Assembly (NCBI GenBank): GCA_944391565.1
Contig: CALXUB010000028.1
Coordinates: forward strand, 30,738 to 94,737
Direction of reading: 5' to 3'
Length of the DNA stretch: 64,000 bases
DNA from: an uncultured Alphaproteobacteria bacterium
GTDB taxonomy: Bacteria > Pseudomonadota > Alphaproteobacteria > CAAHEQ01 > UBA3637
The position numbers and the translations under genes were made by a program. The first letter of the stretch is position 1; every line of letters begins with the position of its first letter. A model generated the notes under the pieces. The model was not told the DNA's origin and made no database searches. It saw only the letters and a program-made list of their open reading frames with translations. This document shows, in pieces, positions 41,208 to 50,395 of the stretch.

Positions 41208-41458
41208 CGGAAATTAAAATAACGGAAAAACAATATGCGATCGGTGTTCAGCCTATGCTTTATCTGTGTTTCCCCATAATGGAGCTAAAGTCTTCACAAC
41301 CTTTAATCGGACGAACTGCCATAACAAAAGAAACAGCAGATTTTGAAATCAATTCCAGTAATATATCTATTTTTTTAGAAATGTTAAAAATATTTGGTAT
41401 TTTAAGTAAGAATCATAACAAAGATATCATAACCATCATTGATAAAATAGTAAGCTGA
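41171..41458 (+). CDS. Hypothetical protein, possibly a frameshifted continuation of the preceding ORF
   Basis: Overlaps the previous ORF by 37 nt in another frame. Confidence 0.25.
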   Translation: MLVHRFEQYEILTEIKITEKQYAIGVQPMLYLCFPIMELKSSQPLIGRTAITKETADFEINSSNISIFLEMLKIFGILSKNHNKDIITIIDKIVS

Positions 41459-41647
41459 TTATTTCACAGTATCTGAAATTCAATTCATCTTGAATGATAC
41501 AATAAATCTGTTTGTTAATATAAAGCGATTACAGGTTTTTATTTTCCGATGGATATATATGCTAAAAGCTTTTTATATAAGCATATTCCGTTTTGATGAC
41601 AACAGAAAGAAAGTTGGAAAAACGCCATTTGGTATTTATTTGACATT

Positions 41648-41726
41648 TGGTCGGAGTGGCGGGATTTGAACCCACGACCCCTACGTCCCGAACGTAGTGC
41701 TCTACCAGACTGAGCCACACTCCGAC
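41648..41726 (-). tRNA. tRNA-Pro (anticodon CGG)
   Basis: Cloverleaf read from the reverse complement: GTCGGAGTGTGGCTCAGTCTGGTAGAGCACTACGTTCGGGACGTAG...CCA. Confidence 0.8.
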
Positions 41727-41898
41727 TAAGAATGTCCTCTTTATATACCACTTCAAAATAAAATTCAACATCTTTTTTTATATTTTGATGTCTTTCTTAA
41801 CTTATCTTTACAAAACCACCTTTTACTGAAGAGCATTTTTGAAATTTTTCTTGTTTTTTCCATTGCTCTGTTTTAAAACTGAAATAAAGGAGAAAAAA

Positions 41899-42312
41899 AT
41901 GAATGAATACGAAGAACAAGTTTTAGAATGCCATAAAGCATTCGGTGTTGCAGAGCATAAACCTTTTACCAAAGATTTACTGACACTCCGTAAAACTTTG
42001 ATTGCCGAAGAAACAAAAGAGCTTTTCGATGAAATTGACTCTGCTATTTCGGAGGTTGAAACAGGTGCTGTGGTTTCTCACGAAACATTTGAACGATTGA
42101 TGAAAGAAATTGCTGACTTGCAATATGTATTATCGGGGATGGTTGTCACATTCGGATTACCGATGCAGGAAGCGTTTCGGCGCGTGCATCAAAGTAATAT
42201 GTCCAAGTTGGGGCCGGACGGAAAGCCGATTTTTCGTGAAGACGGCAAGTACATTAAAGGACCTAATTACAAGAAACCGAATTTGTCAGACTTATCGCAG
42301 GATATTTTATAA
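41899..42312 (+). CDS. MazG-like all-alpha nucleoside triphosphate pyrophosphohydrolase (tentative)
   Basis: EE..E..DE acidic helix motifs; 138 aa; RBS AAGGAG. Confidence 0.35.
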   Translation: MNEYEEQVLECHKAFGVAEHKPFTKDLLTLRKTLIAEETKELFDEIDSAISEVETGAVVSHETFERLMKEIADLQYVLSGMVVTFGLPMQEAFRRVHQSNMSKLGPDGKPIFREDGKYIKGPNYKKPNLSDLSQDIL

Positions 42313-43053
42313 ATGGAAAAATTTGTCAAACAATATGATGTTCGAAGTTATGAATGTGATAAGGACAGCCGTTTAAGACTGTTGACAATTTTTAATTTGA
42401 TGCAGGATATGGCGGATACGCATGCCGATTTGATGGGGGTGGGATATGATGCTTGCTTTCAAAAGGGAATCGGTTGGGTCGGGGGCAACTATCATCTTCG
42501 GATTCATAAACTGCCGAAATGGCGAGAAAAAATTATTTTAAAAACATGGCCGACTGCAAAAACTTTTGTGACGGGAATTCGGGACTTTGAAGCGCTTAAT
42601 GAAACCGGTTCTATCCTGTTTCAAGCTTCCAGTCAATGGGTTCTGATTGATTTGACCAAAGGACGACCTGTAGCGGTTGCTAAAAACTTAGGAAACTATG
42701 AGCTTTTGCCGGAAAGAGCAATTGAAACACAGTTTTCAACGCCTCCGTTGCCTGAACGAACGGATTTTGAAAAAAAGTTTTTTGTCCGTTATGATGACAT
42801 TGATATGAATAATCATGTTAACAATGCCGTTTATCCGGTATGGGCGGCAGAAGCTGTCCCGCCGGCTTTTAAGGCATGTCATGATGTGGCTGAGTTGGAA
42901 GTTTCTTTCAAAAAGCCGGCTTTGTCAGGGGATGTGGTTTTAATCGAAACGCAAATAGATGATAAAACAACCCGTCATTTAATCAAAAGCGAGACGAACG
43001 GAACAGTTTTTGCTCAGGTTGCCATTCAATGGACAGTTCATTCTGAAGACTGA
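42313..43053 (+). CDS. Acyl-ACP thioesterase (FatA/B-like hotdog pair)
   Basis: Family blocks (YDVRSYECD..., NNHVNN). Confidence 0.55.
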   Translation: MEKFVKQYDVRSYECDKDSRLRLLTIFNLMQDMADTHADLMGVGYDACFQKGIGWVGGNYHLRIHKLPKWREKIILKTWPTAKTFVTGIRDFEALNETGSILFQASSQWVLIDLTKGRPVAVAKNLGNYELLPERAIETQFSTPPLPERTDFEKKFFVRYDDIDMNNHVNNAVYPVWAAEAVPPAFKACHDVAELEVSFKKPALSGDVVLIETQIDDKTTRHLIKSETNGTVFAQVAIQWTVHSED

Positions 43054-46000
43054 GCTTTTCTTTTGGGATGAAAACGATAAAATATAACGGGTGTCACCAA
43101 TAGATTTAAAATGGTAGATGTTAACAATCCGAAAGCAATGACAACTGCTGCCGGATAAAGGATTTCTTTCCCGGCGGTGTTGCCTGCAACGATCAACGGC
43201 ACAAATCCGATAATAGAGGTTAAAGTTGTCATCATAACGGGTTCTAAACGCTCCTTTGTCGTATTAATCAATTCTTTTATTGTCAGTCTTTTTCCTTTCT
43301 CGGCTTCTTTATGCAAATATAACTCCATTAGCAAAATGCCGTTACGAATGGCAATGCCTACCAAAGCAATTAAACCGACAATACTGGCGATTGAAATGAC
43401 GCGAGAGGTTAGAAATAATCCGATTACGGCTCCCATTAAAGAAAGCGGAAGAGTAATCATCAACTGCAAGGCCAAATTTAAACTTTTAAAGTTAATGTAA
43501 AGAGCGCCGAACATAATCGTCAAGGACAGCAAAGCCAAAATAAAAATATGACGAGCTGCTGTTTGTTGGCTTTCAAATTGGCCGTCTATTTTCCAAAAAG
43601 TATTTTCAGGGAACGATATTTCATTCTCGATACGTTTTTCAATGTTTTGTGCTGTTTTTACTAAGTCTCGTCCAATAATATTTGCTTGAATAACCAAGCG
43701 ACGACTGCCGTTTTCTCGAGCAATTTCACTCGGACTTTTGGTTAAGTAAATTTCACTGATAGTCGATAGAGGAACAAAATAGCCTTTAACCGTTTCAACA
43801 GGGAGTTGTCCTAAAACGTCAGGTGTGATGTTAAGAGCATCTTTGAACATTAAAACAAGATCATAACTTCGTTCATCTTCCTGGATTTGTGCGATTTTTC
43901 GACCAGCCAAGGCTGTCTCGATGCTGTTAACGGCTGTGCCGGTCTGCACACCATGACGAGCTGCTTTGTCTCGATCAATTTGAATGTGTATTTCGGGGAT
44001 CAAAATTTGCATGTCTTGTGTGATGTCTGTTATCTCCGGCATTTCTTTTAAAATGTGTTCGATTTGCTCTGCCGTTTTACGAAGAGCTTCGGTGTCAGAT
44101 CCGAATAATTTGATAGCTAATTGAGACTGTGATCCAGAAATAATAAAATCGATCCGGTGTGAAATGGGTTGCCCGATGTTGACAAAAATACCGGGAATAT
44201 TCAGTTTTTCTCGAATTTCTGACATTAGTTCTTCTTTGGTTTTCTGTGTTTTTGGTTTAAGCTCAACTTCAATTTCACTGATGTGAACGCCTAGCGCATG
44301 TTCATCCAAATCTGCTCTGCCTGTTTTTCGTCCGGTTGAAACAATATCAGGAATGGAAAGTAGAGCCTTTTCTGCCAGTTGTCCAATCCGATTGCTTTCT
44401 GTCAGGTTTGTTCCGGGAGCCGAAGCTACAGCTATATTAAAACTGCCTTCGTTAAAAGGAGGCAGAAATTCACGTCCCATTTCGAGTGCCGCACAAACAA
44501 GAAGCACAAAAAATATTCCTAAAGCAATCAAAACACCTTTTGTGTGATAAAAACAAAAACGCAATCCTTTGTCTTGTGCTTTTTTGAGAATACGGACAAT
44601 CCATGCATCATGAGGACGGCCTAAGGATTTTAACGAAGGCAGCAGGTAAGCTGATAAAGCCGGTGTTAAAGTCAATGCGACAACGGTTGACATCGTCATG
44701 GACAGAATAAAGGCAATCGCTAACGGTGTAAAGATTTTTCCTTCAATCCCTGATAGAGCAAAAAGCGGAATAAAAACTAAGAAAACCAAAACAGTAGAAA
44801 AAATAATGGAGTTGCGAACTTCTTTTGATGCTTCAAAAACAACCTGCCAAACAGGGCGCGGGGTTTGACTGTGTTTATTTTCTTTAAGGCGTTTGTAGAT
44901 GTTTGTCACATCAACAATTGCATCGTCAACAAGCGAACCGATTGCCATAGCTAAACCGCCCAGCGTCATTGTGTTGATATTTAAACCGAATACGTCAAAG
45001 ACAATGGCCGTCATGATGAAAGAGGTCGGAATAACAGTTAAAATAATGGCGGTTGATCGAAAATTGACAAGAAATAAAAACAAGATAACGGCAATTAAAA
45101 TAGAACCACTCCATAAAGCTTCCGTGATGTTGTCAATGGCGCGCTGAATGAAGCGACTTTGTTTAAAAATATCTGCCGTCAAAATAACATTTTCAGGTAA
45201 GATTTTTTGTATTCTGCTCAATTCTATTTCCAACTGACGAGTCAGTGATAATGTATCTATACCGGGTTGCTTGGCAATACTGATTAAAACACCCGGATTA
45301 GCATTGATGCCGGCATCTCCGCGTTTGTTTATTTCAGGTGCTTCCCGAATATCGGCAATTTGTTCCAACGTAATACCAGGAGCATCTTTTCGAATTTCTT
45401 TAGCCAACACGATTTTTTTTAAGTCAGCGATTGTTTCCGGTCGTCCCAGGATACGAATTTGCTTTTCTGTCCAAGTTTCTTGTAAAAAGCCGGCCGTAGA
45501 GTTTAATCCGCTGTTTTGAAGGGATTGAATGACATCAGAAAGAGAGATGTTCATCAGTTGCATTTGGATAGGATCCAGCATAATTTGGTATTGCTTGATG
45601 TCTCCGCCAATCGTTGAAACGTTAGAAACGCCGGGAATACCCAACAACCGCTTTCGTATTAAATTATCTGCAATACTGCGTAGCTGCATGGAGGAAAAAG
45701 CATTATTTGACGAAAAAAGGCCCGCAATCATAACTTCTCCCATAATGGACGAAACAGGTCCCATCGCTATGCGTGTTCCGTCAGGTAAGGATTGTTGAAG
45801 AGTGCTCAATCGTTCATTGATAATTTGACGCGCTTTGAAAATGTCTGTATCCCAATTAAACTCGGCTTTAACTATGCCATAACCAACGTTAGCGGAAGAA
45901 GTCAGACGTGTGATGCCAGATGCTCCGTTGACAGCATTTTCAACGGGAATTAAAATCTGTTTTTCTATTTCCTCAACAGCTAGTCCTTCTGTTTCAATAA

Positions 46001-46148
46001 TCAAAGAAACGGTCGGTTTATTCAGATCCGGGAATACATCAACGGATAAATGAGCAGCCTTGTTATATCCGTAAAAAAACAATAACAAGTATGCACACAC
46101 AATAATGAGTTTGTATCTTAAAGAAAATTGAATAATTCGATCAAACAT
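43038..46148 (-). CDS. czcA: RND heavy-metal efflux pump, CzcA/CusA family
   Basis: 1036 aa, 12-TM RND architecture, N-terminal family signature. Confidence 0.8.
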   Translation of the reverse strand: MFDRIIQFSLRYKLIIVCAYLLLFFYGYNKAAHLSVDVFPDLNKPTVSLIIETEGLAVEEIEKQILIPVENAVNGASGITRLTSSANVGYGIVKAEFNWDTDIFKARQIINERLSTLQQSLPDGTRIAMGPVSSIMGEVMIAGLFSSNNAFSSMQLRSIADNLIRKRLLGIPGVSNVSTIGGDIKQYQIMLDPIQMQLMNISLSDVIQSLQNSGLNSTAGFLQETWTEKQIRILGRPETIADLKKIVLAKEIRKDAPGITLEQIADIREAPEINKRGDAGINANPGVLISIAKQPGIDTLSLTRQLEIELSRIQKILPENVILTADIFKQSRFIQRAIDNITEALWSGSILIAVILFLFLVNFRSTAIILTVIPTSFIMTAIVFDVFGLNINTMTLGGLAMAIGSLVDDAIVDVTNIYKRLKENKHSQTPRPVWQVVFEASKEVRNSIIFSTVLVFLVFIPLFALSGIEGKIFTPLAIAFILSMTMSTVVALTLTPALSAYLLPSLKSLGRPHDAWIVRILKKAQDKGLRFCFYHTKGVLIALGIFFVLLVCAALEMGREFLPPFNEGSFNIAVASAPGTNLTESNRIGQLAEKALLSIPDIVSTGRKTGRADLDEHALGVHISEIEVELKPKTQKTKEELMSEIREKLNIPGIFVNIGQPISHRIDFIISGSQSQLAIKLFGSDTEALRKTAEQIEHILKEMPEITDITQDMQILIPEIHIQIDRDKAARHGVQTGTAVNSIETALAGRKIAQIQEDERSYDLVLMFKDALNITPDVLGQLPVETVKGYFVPLSTISEIYLTKSPSEIARENGSRRLVIQANIIGRDLVKTAQNIEKRIENEISFPENTFWKIDGQFESQQTAARHIFILALLSLTIMFGALYINFKSLNLALQLMITLPLSLMGAVIGLFLTSRVISIASIVGLIALVGIAIRNGILLMELYLHKEAEKGKRLTIKELINTTKERLEPVMMTTLTSIIGFVPLIVAGNTAGKEILYPAAVVIAFGLLTSTILNLLVTPVIFYRFHPKRKAQSSE

Positions 46149-46867
46149 TACTCTATCTCCTCTTTTTGTGTCTGTCTATTGGTCGATGTTGTCACAAATT
46201 GTAATTGGTGAGCTCCTTGAGTGATAACTTTTTCGCCTTCTGATAAACCATGTATGATTTCAATAAGATCGCCTGATACGTGTCCGATGGCTACCGGTCG
46301 ACGTTCAAAATGATTTTCTTTTCGGATAAAAACATAGAAATTTCCTGCTTCTCCTTGAACTGCTTTTTGAGAAACCGCCAAGGCGTTTTCTTCTTCATCT
46401 AGCAAAATTGTCATTTCTCCTTTTAATCCTACGAAAGAAAAAGGGGGTGAGGTATTAAAGTTTGAATAAATGCTGAACATTCTGTTAGTTGTGTCAATTT
46501 CTTCATCTATTTCATAAACTTTTCCCGAGAGTGTTTTGTCTGGAGAAACATCTAATTTTATGATGGTATTCATTCCTTTTTCTATGATAAAAAGTTCTTT
46601 TCCCTCCATAATAAAACCTTGAGCAATTAGCTGTTCTGTTAATGGTGCATGTCGCAGTGTCATCGGAATAGTTATGGTTTTATATAAAGTATGTTTTTTG
46701 ACTTCTTCTTCTTTCAGTTGCAGATTGTGGATTTGAATATCTGTCAGATCAAATGAGGTACTGACTTGATTTCCGACAAAAGCAGAATCACCATGATCAT
46801 GTCCATTATGAGCTAAAGCAGGTATTGCCAAATAAATCAATGTGCATAAAATAAACAGTATTTTCAT
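46148..46867 (-). CDS. Short periplasmic adaptor (MFP/CzcB-like) with N-terminal His-rich segment
   Basis: Signal peptide, HNGHDHGDS, beta-barrel-like C-terminus; operon position. Confidence 0.55.
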   Translation of the reverse strand: MKILFILCTLIYLAIPALAHNGHDHGDSAFVGNQVSTSFDLTDIQIHNLQLKEEEVKKHTLYKTITIPMTLRHAPLTEQLIAQGFIMEGKELFIIEKGMNTIIKLDVSPDKTLSGKVYEIDEEIDTTNRMFSIYSNFNTSPPFSFVGLKGEMTILLDEEENALAVSQKAVQGEAGNFYVFIRKENHFERRPVAIGHVSGDLIEIIHGLSEGEKVITQGAHQLQFVTTSTNRQTQKEEIE

Positions 46868-48072
46868 TGAATATCCTCCAATCTTGAACCGATGTAAATT
46901 TCCAAAACCGCTTTTGCTTCATAAGCTTCTTTTAAAGCAAGCAATGCGGCCGTTTGAGCCGAAGTCCATTTTTCTTTGGCTTGCCAAACCACTAAAACAG
47001 AAGCTTCGCCTTTGTTGAAAGCTTCTTCTGTTTCAGCAATGCTTTTTTCGTAAAGCGGTAATATTTCCTTAAAATAAGTCTCAGCTCTTTGGGAGAGGCG
47101 TTGTGCTGTTTGATAATGATTTTTTATCAGTGTCTCAAAACCGACTTTTTCTAAGTTTCTCTGCTGCGTTTTTATCCATGCTTCTTCGGCTTTTAATGCT
47201 TTTATGCGGCCGTTGCTGTGATTCCACAGAGGAATTGTCAGCGTCAGTCCGGCTTGCCAACTATCTTGGTTTTCTTCATTGTCATACCCATATTTGATTT
47301 TAGGTTCTAAAATTGGGAAATAAGCATCTTGTTTGGCAATGGACAGCTTTTTGGCGGCTTGTTGTTCCTGTAAGTTTAACATATATTGGTAAGAGGGTTG
47401 GTTTTGTGCTGTTTCAAGGACTTGTTTAAGCGTAGCTTTTATCTGGATACGTGGCGGTGGTTCAAGGGTTAATTCATCATTTGAAAGCCCGATCTGTTGT
47501 CCAAAATCCAAAAATATTTTTTGCTTGTGCCATTTTTGAGCAGCAGCTTCTTCACGGACAGCCATTGTATCAGCCTTTAACAGAGCGGCTTCTGTTTTGG
47601 AAATACCATTACGGTTTAAAGAACGTGTCACGGTTTCATTAGCTTTCTCCAAATAGGCTTGATTGAGAAGAGTGTATTTTAATTCTTCTTGAGCCAAAAA
47701 AGTTTCGCAATAAAGCAGTGTTATCCGGTGATAAAGACGCAAAGCATCCAAGCGTTCCTCTTGCCTGTTCATTGTTTCTAATAGCTTTTTATAGTCAAAG
47801 CGGGTCAAGGTCAGATCTGATAAACGCAAAGGCTGTGTGAAGCTGATGTCTGACGAATGACTGTCAACATCATATTCCCACTCAAGCTCGGGACTGAGCA
47901 GTGCTGTATCGTCTGTCTCGGCGCCAAAGGTATTCAGTCTGTTTTTCTGTAATTCAGAGACGAACGGACTATGGATAAAAGCCGACGCCAAAGCTTTGTC
48001 AAGTGTTAATGTTTCGGCACAGATACCGAAAGGGAGGCTGCAAAACAGCCCTAAGATTATAAAAAAACGCAT
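46864..48072 (-). CDS. Outer membrane efflux protein (CzcC/TolC-like)
   Basis: 402 aa; signal peptide; OEP repeats. Confidence 0.65.
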   Translation of the reverse strand: MRFFIILGLFCSLPFGICAETLTLDKALASAFIHSPFVSELQKNRLNTFGAETDDTALLSPELEWEYDVDSHSSDISFTQPLRLSDLTLTRFDYKKLLETMNRQEERLDALRLYHRITLLYCETFLAQEELKYTLLNQAYLEKANETVTRSLNRNGISKTEAALLKADTMAVREEAAAQKWHKQKIFLDFGQQIGLSNDELTLEPPPRIQIKATLKQVLETAQNQPSYQYMLNLQEQQAAKKLSIAKQDAYFPILEPKIKYGYDNEENQDSWQAGLTLTIPLWNHSNGRIKALKAEEAWIKTQQRNLEKVGFETLIKNHYQTAQRLSQRAETYFKEILPLYEKSIAETEEAFNKGEASVLVVWQAKEKWTSAQTAALLALKEAYEAKAVLEIYIGSRLEDIQ

Positions 48073-48105
48073 TTTTTCCTCTTTCTTTAAGTGTATGAAT
48101 AAAGC

Positions 48106-48432
48106 TTAAAGAAAAGAACGAGGTGGTTTTTTTATTTTATAAATAAATGATAAAGAAAAAGATTTTACTTTCGGAGGCCGTTTAAAAATACTTACCGAAG
48201 CCTCAAAACGCTCTTGAATACTGGAAGTGGGCAAGAATGAAAAAGCATGGGTACAGAGGGAACAATCTTCGCAACAGCAAGTATGGTGTTGCTGATGCGG
48301 ACAGTCCGAAGGTGCAGTTATGGACAGAACAGTTGTCGGTTGAGTCGAATGAATATGTGTTAAGACGGACATTCCTAAAAAGGATGTCACAAAAGCCAAC
48401 AAAAACAAAAAAGATACAACAGCTTTTTTCAT
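48106..48432 (-). CDS. Small secreted Cys/His-rich protein (CzcI-like metal-binding/regulatory protein)
   Basis: CPHQQHHTCCCEDCSLCTH cluster; first gene of the efflux operon. Confidence 0.45.
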   Translation of the reverse strand: MKKAVVSFLFLLAFVTSFLGMSVLTHIHSTQPTTVLSITAPSDCPHQQHHTCCCEDCSLCTHAFSFLPTSSIQERFEASVSIFKRPPKVKSFSLSFIYKIKKPPRSFL

Positions 48433-48610
48433 AAAAGACATCTTAGCAATGATGGACTTCTTTTGTCAATATCAAAAAAGAGACTTTTAGATGATAATAA
48501 AAATGTTTTTATTGATTACTTGTAAACAGGTAAAAAATGTAAAAAAATAATATTTTTATTGCAATTTTTTATGAAATGTTTTAGGAAGAAGAAAAAGAGG
48601 AGATACGATC

Positions 48611-48927
48611 ATGCACGTCAGAAAGAAACAAGCTTGTATAAGTGCTTTCATCCCACTAGGGGGGAGGGGGGTCAATTTGGTCGCACATTATTAGAGACAT
48701 TGTCAGTTTTAGCCTTGTCAGGAATGCTGACATCGTTAGCATTAGCCGGGTTTGTTTACGCGCGAGCTAAGGTTGCGGCCAATCATATTTTAACGGATGT
48801 TTCATTAGCGTATGCCGAAGCGTTGCCCGAGACGCGGGAGAGCAATCGGTTTTATGAAATTTCTTTTACGACAGATTCACATTTAACGATACACACGGTC
48901 CGGACGGAAAGTTTTCTGACGGAATGA
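48611..48927 (+). pseudogene. Type IV pilin-like gene with interrupted G-tract (G6-A-G6). The ATG+RBS at 48611 is out of frame with the pilin-like body (ON with one fewer G).
   Basis: RBS GAGGAG 8 nt before the ATG at 48611; with the current tract the reading stops after 28 codons, while the next frame encodes ...GGQFGRTLLETLSVLALSGMLTSLALAGFVYARAKVAAN (pilin-like N-helix). Confidence 0.5.
48659..48671. repeat. G6-A-G6 tract preceded by CACTA (same flank as the G13 tract at 301-313)
   Basis: Read directly. Confidence 0.9.
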
Positions 48928-48933
48928 GCGGAT

Positions 48934-49776
48934 TTGGTTATTGTTGAGGATGTTCCCGAGCGTATTTGCCGGATATTGTTTGGGATGAACGGCGTGAACG
49001 GTCTGAGTCTTTTGTCAGAATCAGACGAGACATATGTTCCGTTTCCCGGGTGTGAGACTGGTTTGAACCGGATGATATTTTCTTTGAACGGAGAGGGGTC
49101 ATGTGATTGTCCTGCGCATGCGTCTTGTGAGCTGGACACGGGGTGTCATTGTGATTTCGGGTATGAAATATCTTCTGACGGGAGTTGTCAGGAGAAGAAC
49201 TGTCCTTCTGTTAAAGAGATTACGGAGATCACGGAAGAATATTGTTGTGAGAAGGCGAAAGGTGTTTGGGACGGTATAGTAGGTTGTGTTTGTCCCGAGG
49301 AAAGTTATTTTAATGGAACGTCCTGTGTTGCGTCGCAGGGTTTTTGTGTTTACAGTTATGAAGGACCGAGCGGCGGCGGATATTATTCAAATTGTTCATA
49401 TACCTTCAGTGAAACGGATGGCACGGCTTCGGTCGTTTCACGGGAAAGCTGTCCGTCTGGACAATATTGTATTTTAAAGTGGACGGACACGGATTGCGGC
49501 AGTGAGATCGAAGCCTCCGGCGCTTCGGTGATTTACGGTCGTTGTGCAACGCTGTCGACACATTACAGCCAATGTCGTCAATATGATGAAAATCTTGTTC
49601 CGACGGTTTCGGCCCTTCAAGGCTGCGGTTCAGACGAATATTGCCGATTAACTTGGTCGAGCGATACCTGCGACACGTTATCGGCCGAAGGAGCAGCTTT
49701 TATTTACGGAGTCTGCTTGGAACTCGCCAAGTCTTCTCCTATAACATGCCCGGTGGAAAAAGAAGAAGGAGTTTAA
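48934..49776 (+). CDS. Cys-rich EGF-like repeat protein, in frame with the upstream pilin-like ORF and separated from it by a single TGA
   Basis: 32 Cys in recurring CxC/CxxC spacing; no signal peptide of its own. Confidence 0.45.
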   Translation: MVIVEDVPERICRILFGMNGVNGLSLLSESDETYVPFPGCETGLNRMIFSLNGEGSCDCPAHASCELDTGCHCDFGYEISSDGSCQEKNCPSVKEITEITEEYCCEKAKGVWDGIVGCVCPEESYFNGTSCVASQGFCVYSYEGPSGGGYYSNCSYTFSETDGTASVVSRESCPSGQYCILKWTDTDCGSEIEASGASVIYGRCATLSTHYSQCRQYDENLVPTVSALQGCGSDEYCRLTWSSDTCDTLSAEGAAFIYGVCLELAKSSPITCPVEKEEGV

Positions 49777-49777
49777 G

Positions 49778-50164
49778 ATGAAAAAAATTTTTTTAATATT
49801 GTTTTTATTATTTTCGCTGAATGCCTATGGAGTTTGTAAAGAAGGGACAGAAATCACGGGTAAGAACGGTCATGTTTATTGTATGAGCAATGTCATTATG
49901 AACTGGTATACGGCATTTGCATGGTGTGATACGCAGGGGCGGACATTGGCGACGATGGAACAGATATGCGACATTGATGAAACGGAACGTTGGGATGGGA
50001 ATACTGGAGAAGGGAAGTGCTTGAACATGGTTGGAGCAGGTCTAAGTCGATGGGCTTGGTCGTCCATTCCCTCCGGCTCCACTTCCGCATTCCTCGTCAC
50101 TCTATCAACTGGAAATGTGACCAGCAGCATTCGTTCAAATACGTACAACGCCATCTGTTGGTAG
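49778..50164 (+). CDS. Secreted C-type-lectin-like small protein
   Basis: Signal peptide; WCDTQGRTLATMEQ and terminal CW resemble the CTLD fold; strong RBS. Confidence 0.4.
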   Translation: MKKIFLILFLLFSLNAYGVCKEGTEITGKNGHVYCMSNVIMNWYTAFAWCDTQGRTLATMEQICDIDETERWDGNTGEGKCLNMVGAGLSRWAWSSIPSGSTSAFLVTLSTGNVTSSIRSNTYNAICW

Positions 50165-50356
50165 GTTGTTTCCCAGCTTTTATTTTGACTCCAATCCGTC
50201 CTTAAATGGACGGATTGGGACTTGACGGACTGCATTTAAAGCAGTCCGTCCCGGGGTGCCGGGCTGCAACAGGGGCTTTATCGGAGCAGATACCGCTGTT
50301 TTTTTTTGATTATTTCGGTTTAAAGCCGGAAGAAAAAGAAAACCGTATTTTTTTAT

Positions 50357-50390
50357 TGACAAGGAAAATAAATCCCGATAGGATACCCGC
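50357..50390 (+). promoter_or_regulatory. Promoter of tRNA-Val (TTGACA-N17-TAGGAT)
   Basis: Read directly; 6-7 nt to the tRNA 5' end. Confidence 0.5.
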
Positions 50391-50395
50391 ATATC

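Noticed and set aside
48559-48610. Upstream extension (MQFFMKCFRKKKKRRYDHARQ...) as the true pilin-like N-terminus
   Set aside because: There is no RBS, the start is TTG/ATG-poor, and the leader-like text is implausible. The RBS-bearing ATG at 48611 in the other frame is the better start, which implies the tract-dependent frameshift instead.
48925-48990. Selenocysteine recoding at the in-frame TGA
   Set aside because: There is no convincing SECIS-like hairpin immediately downstream and no selenoprotein context. Nonsense pseudogene or ordinary stop is more likely.
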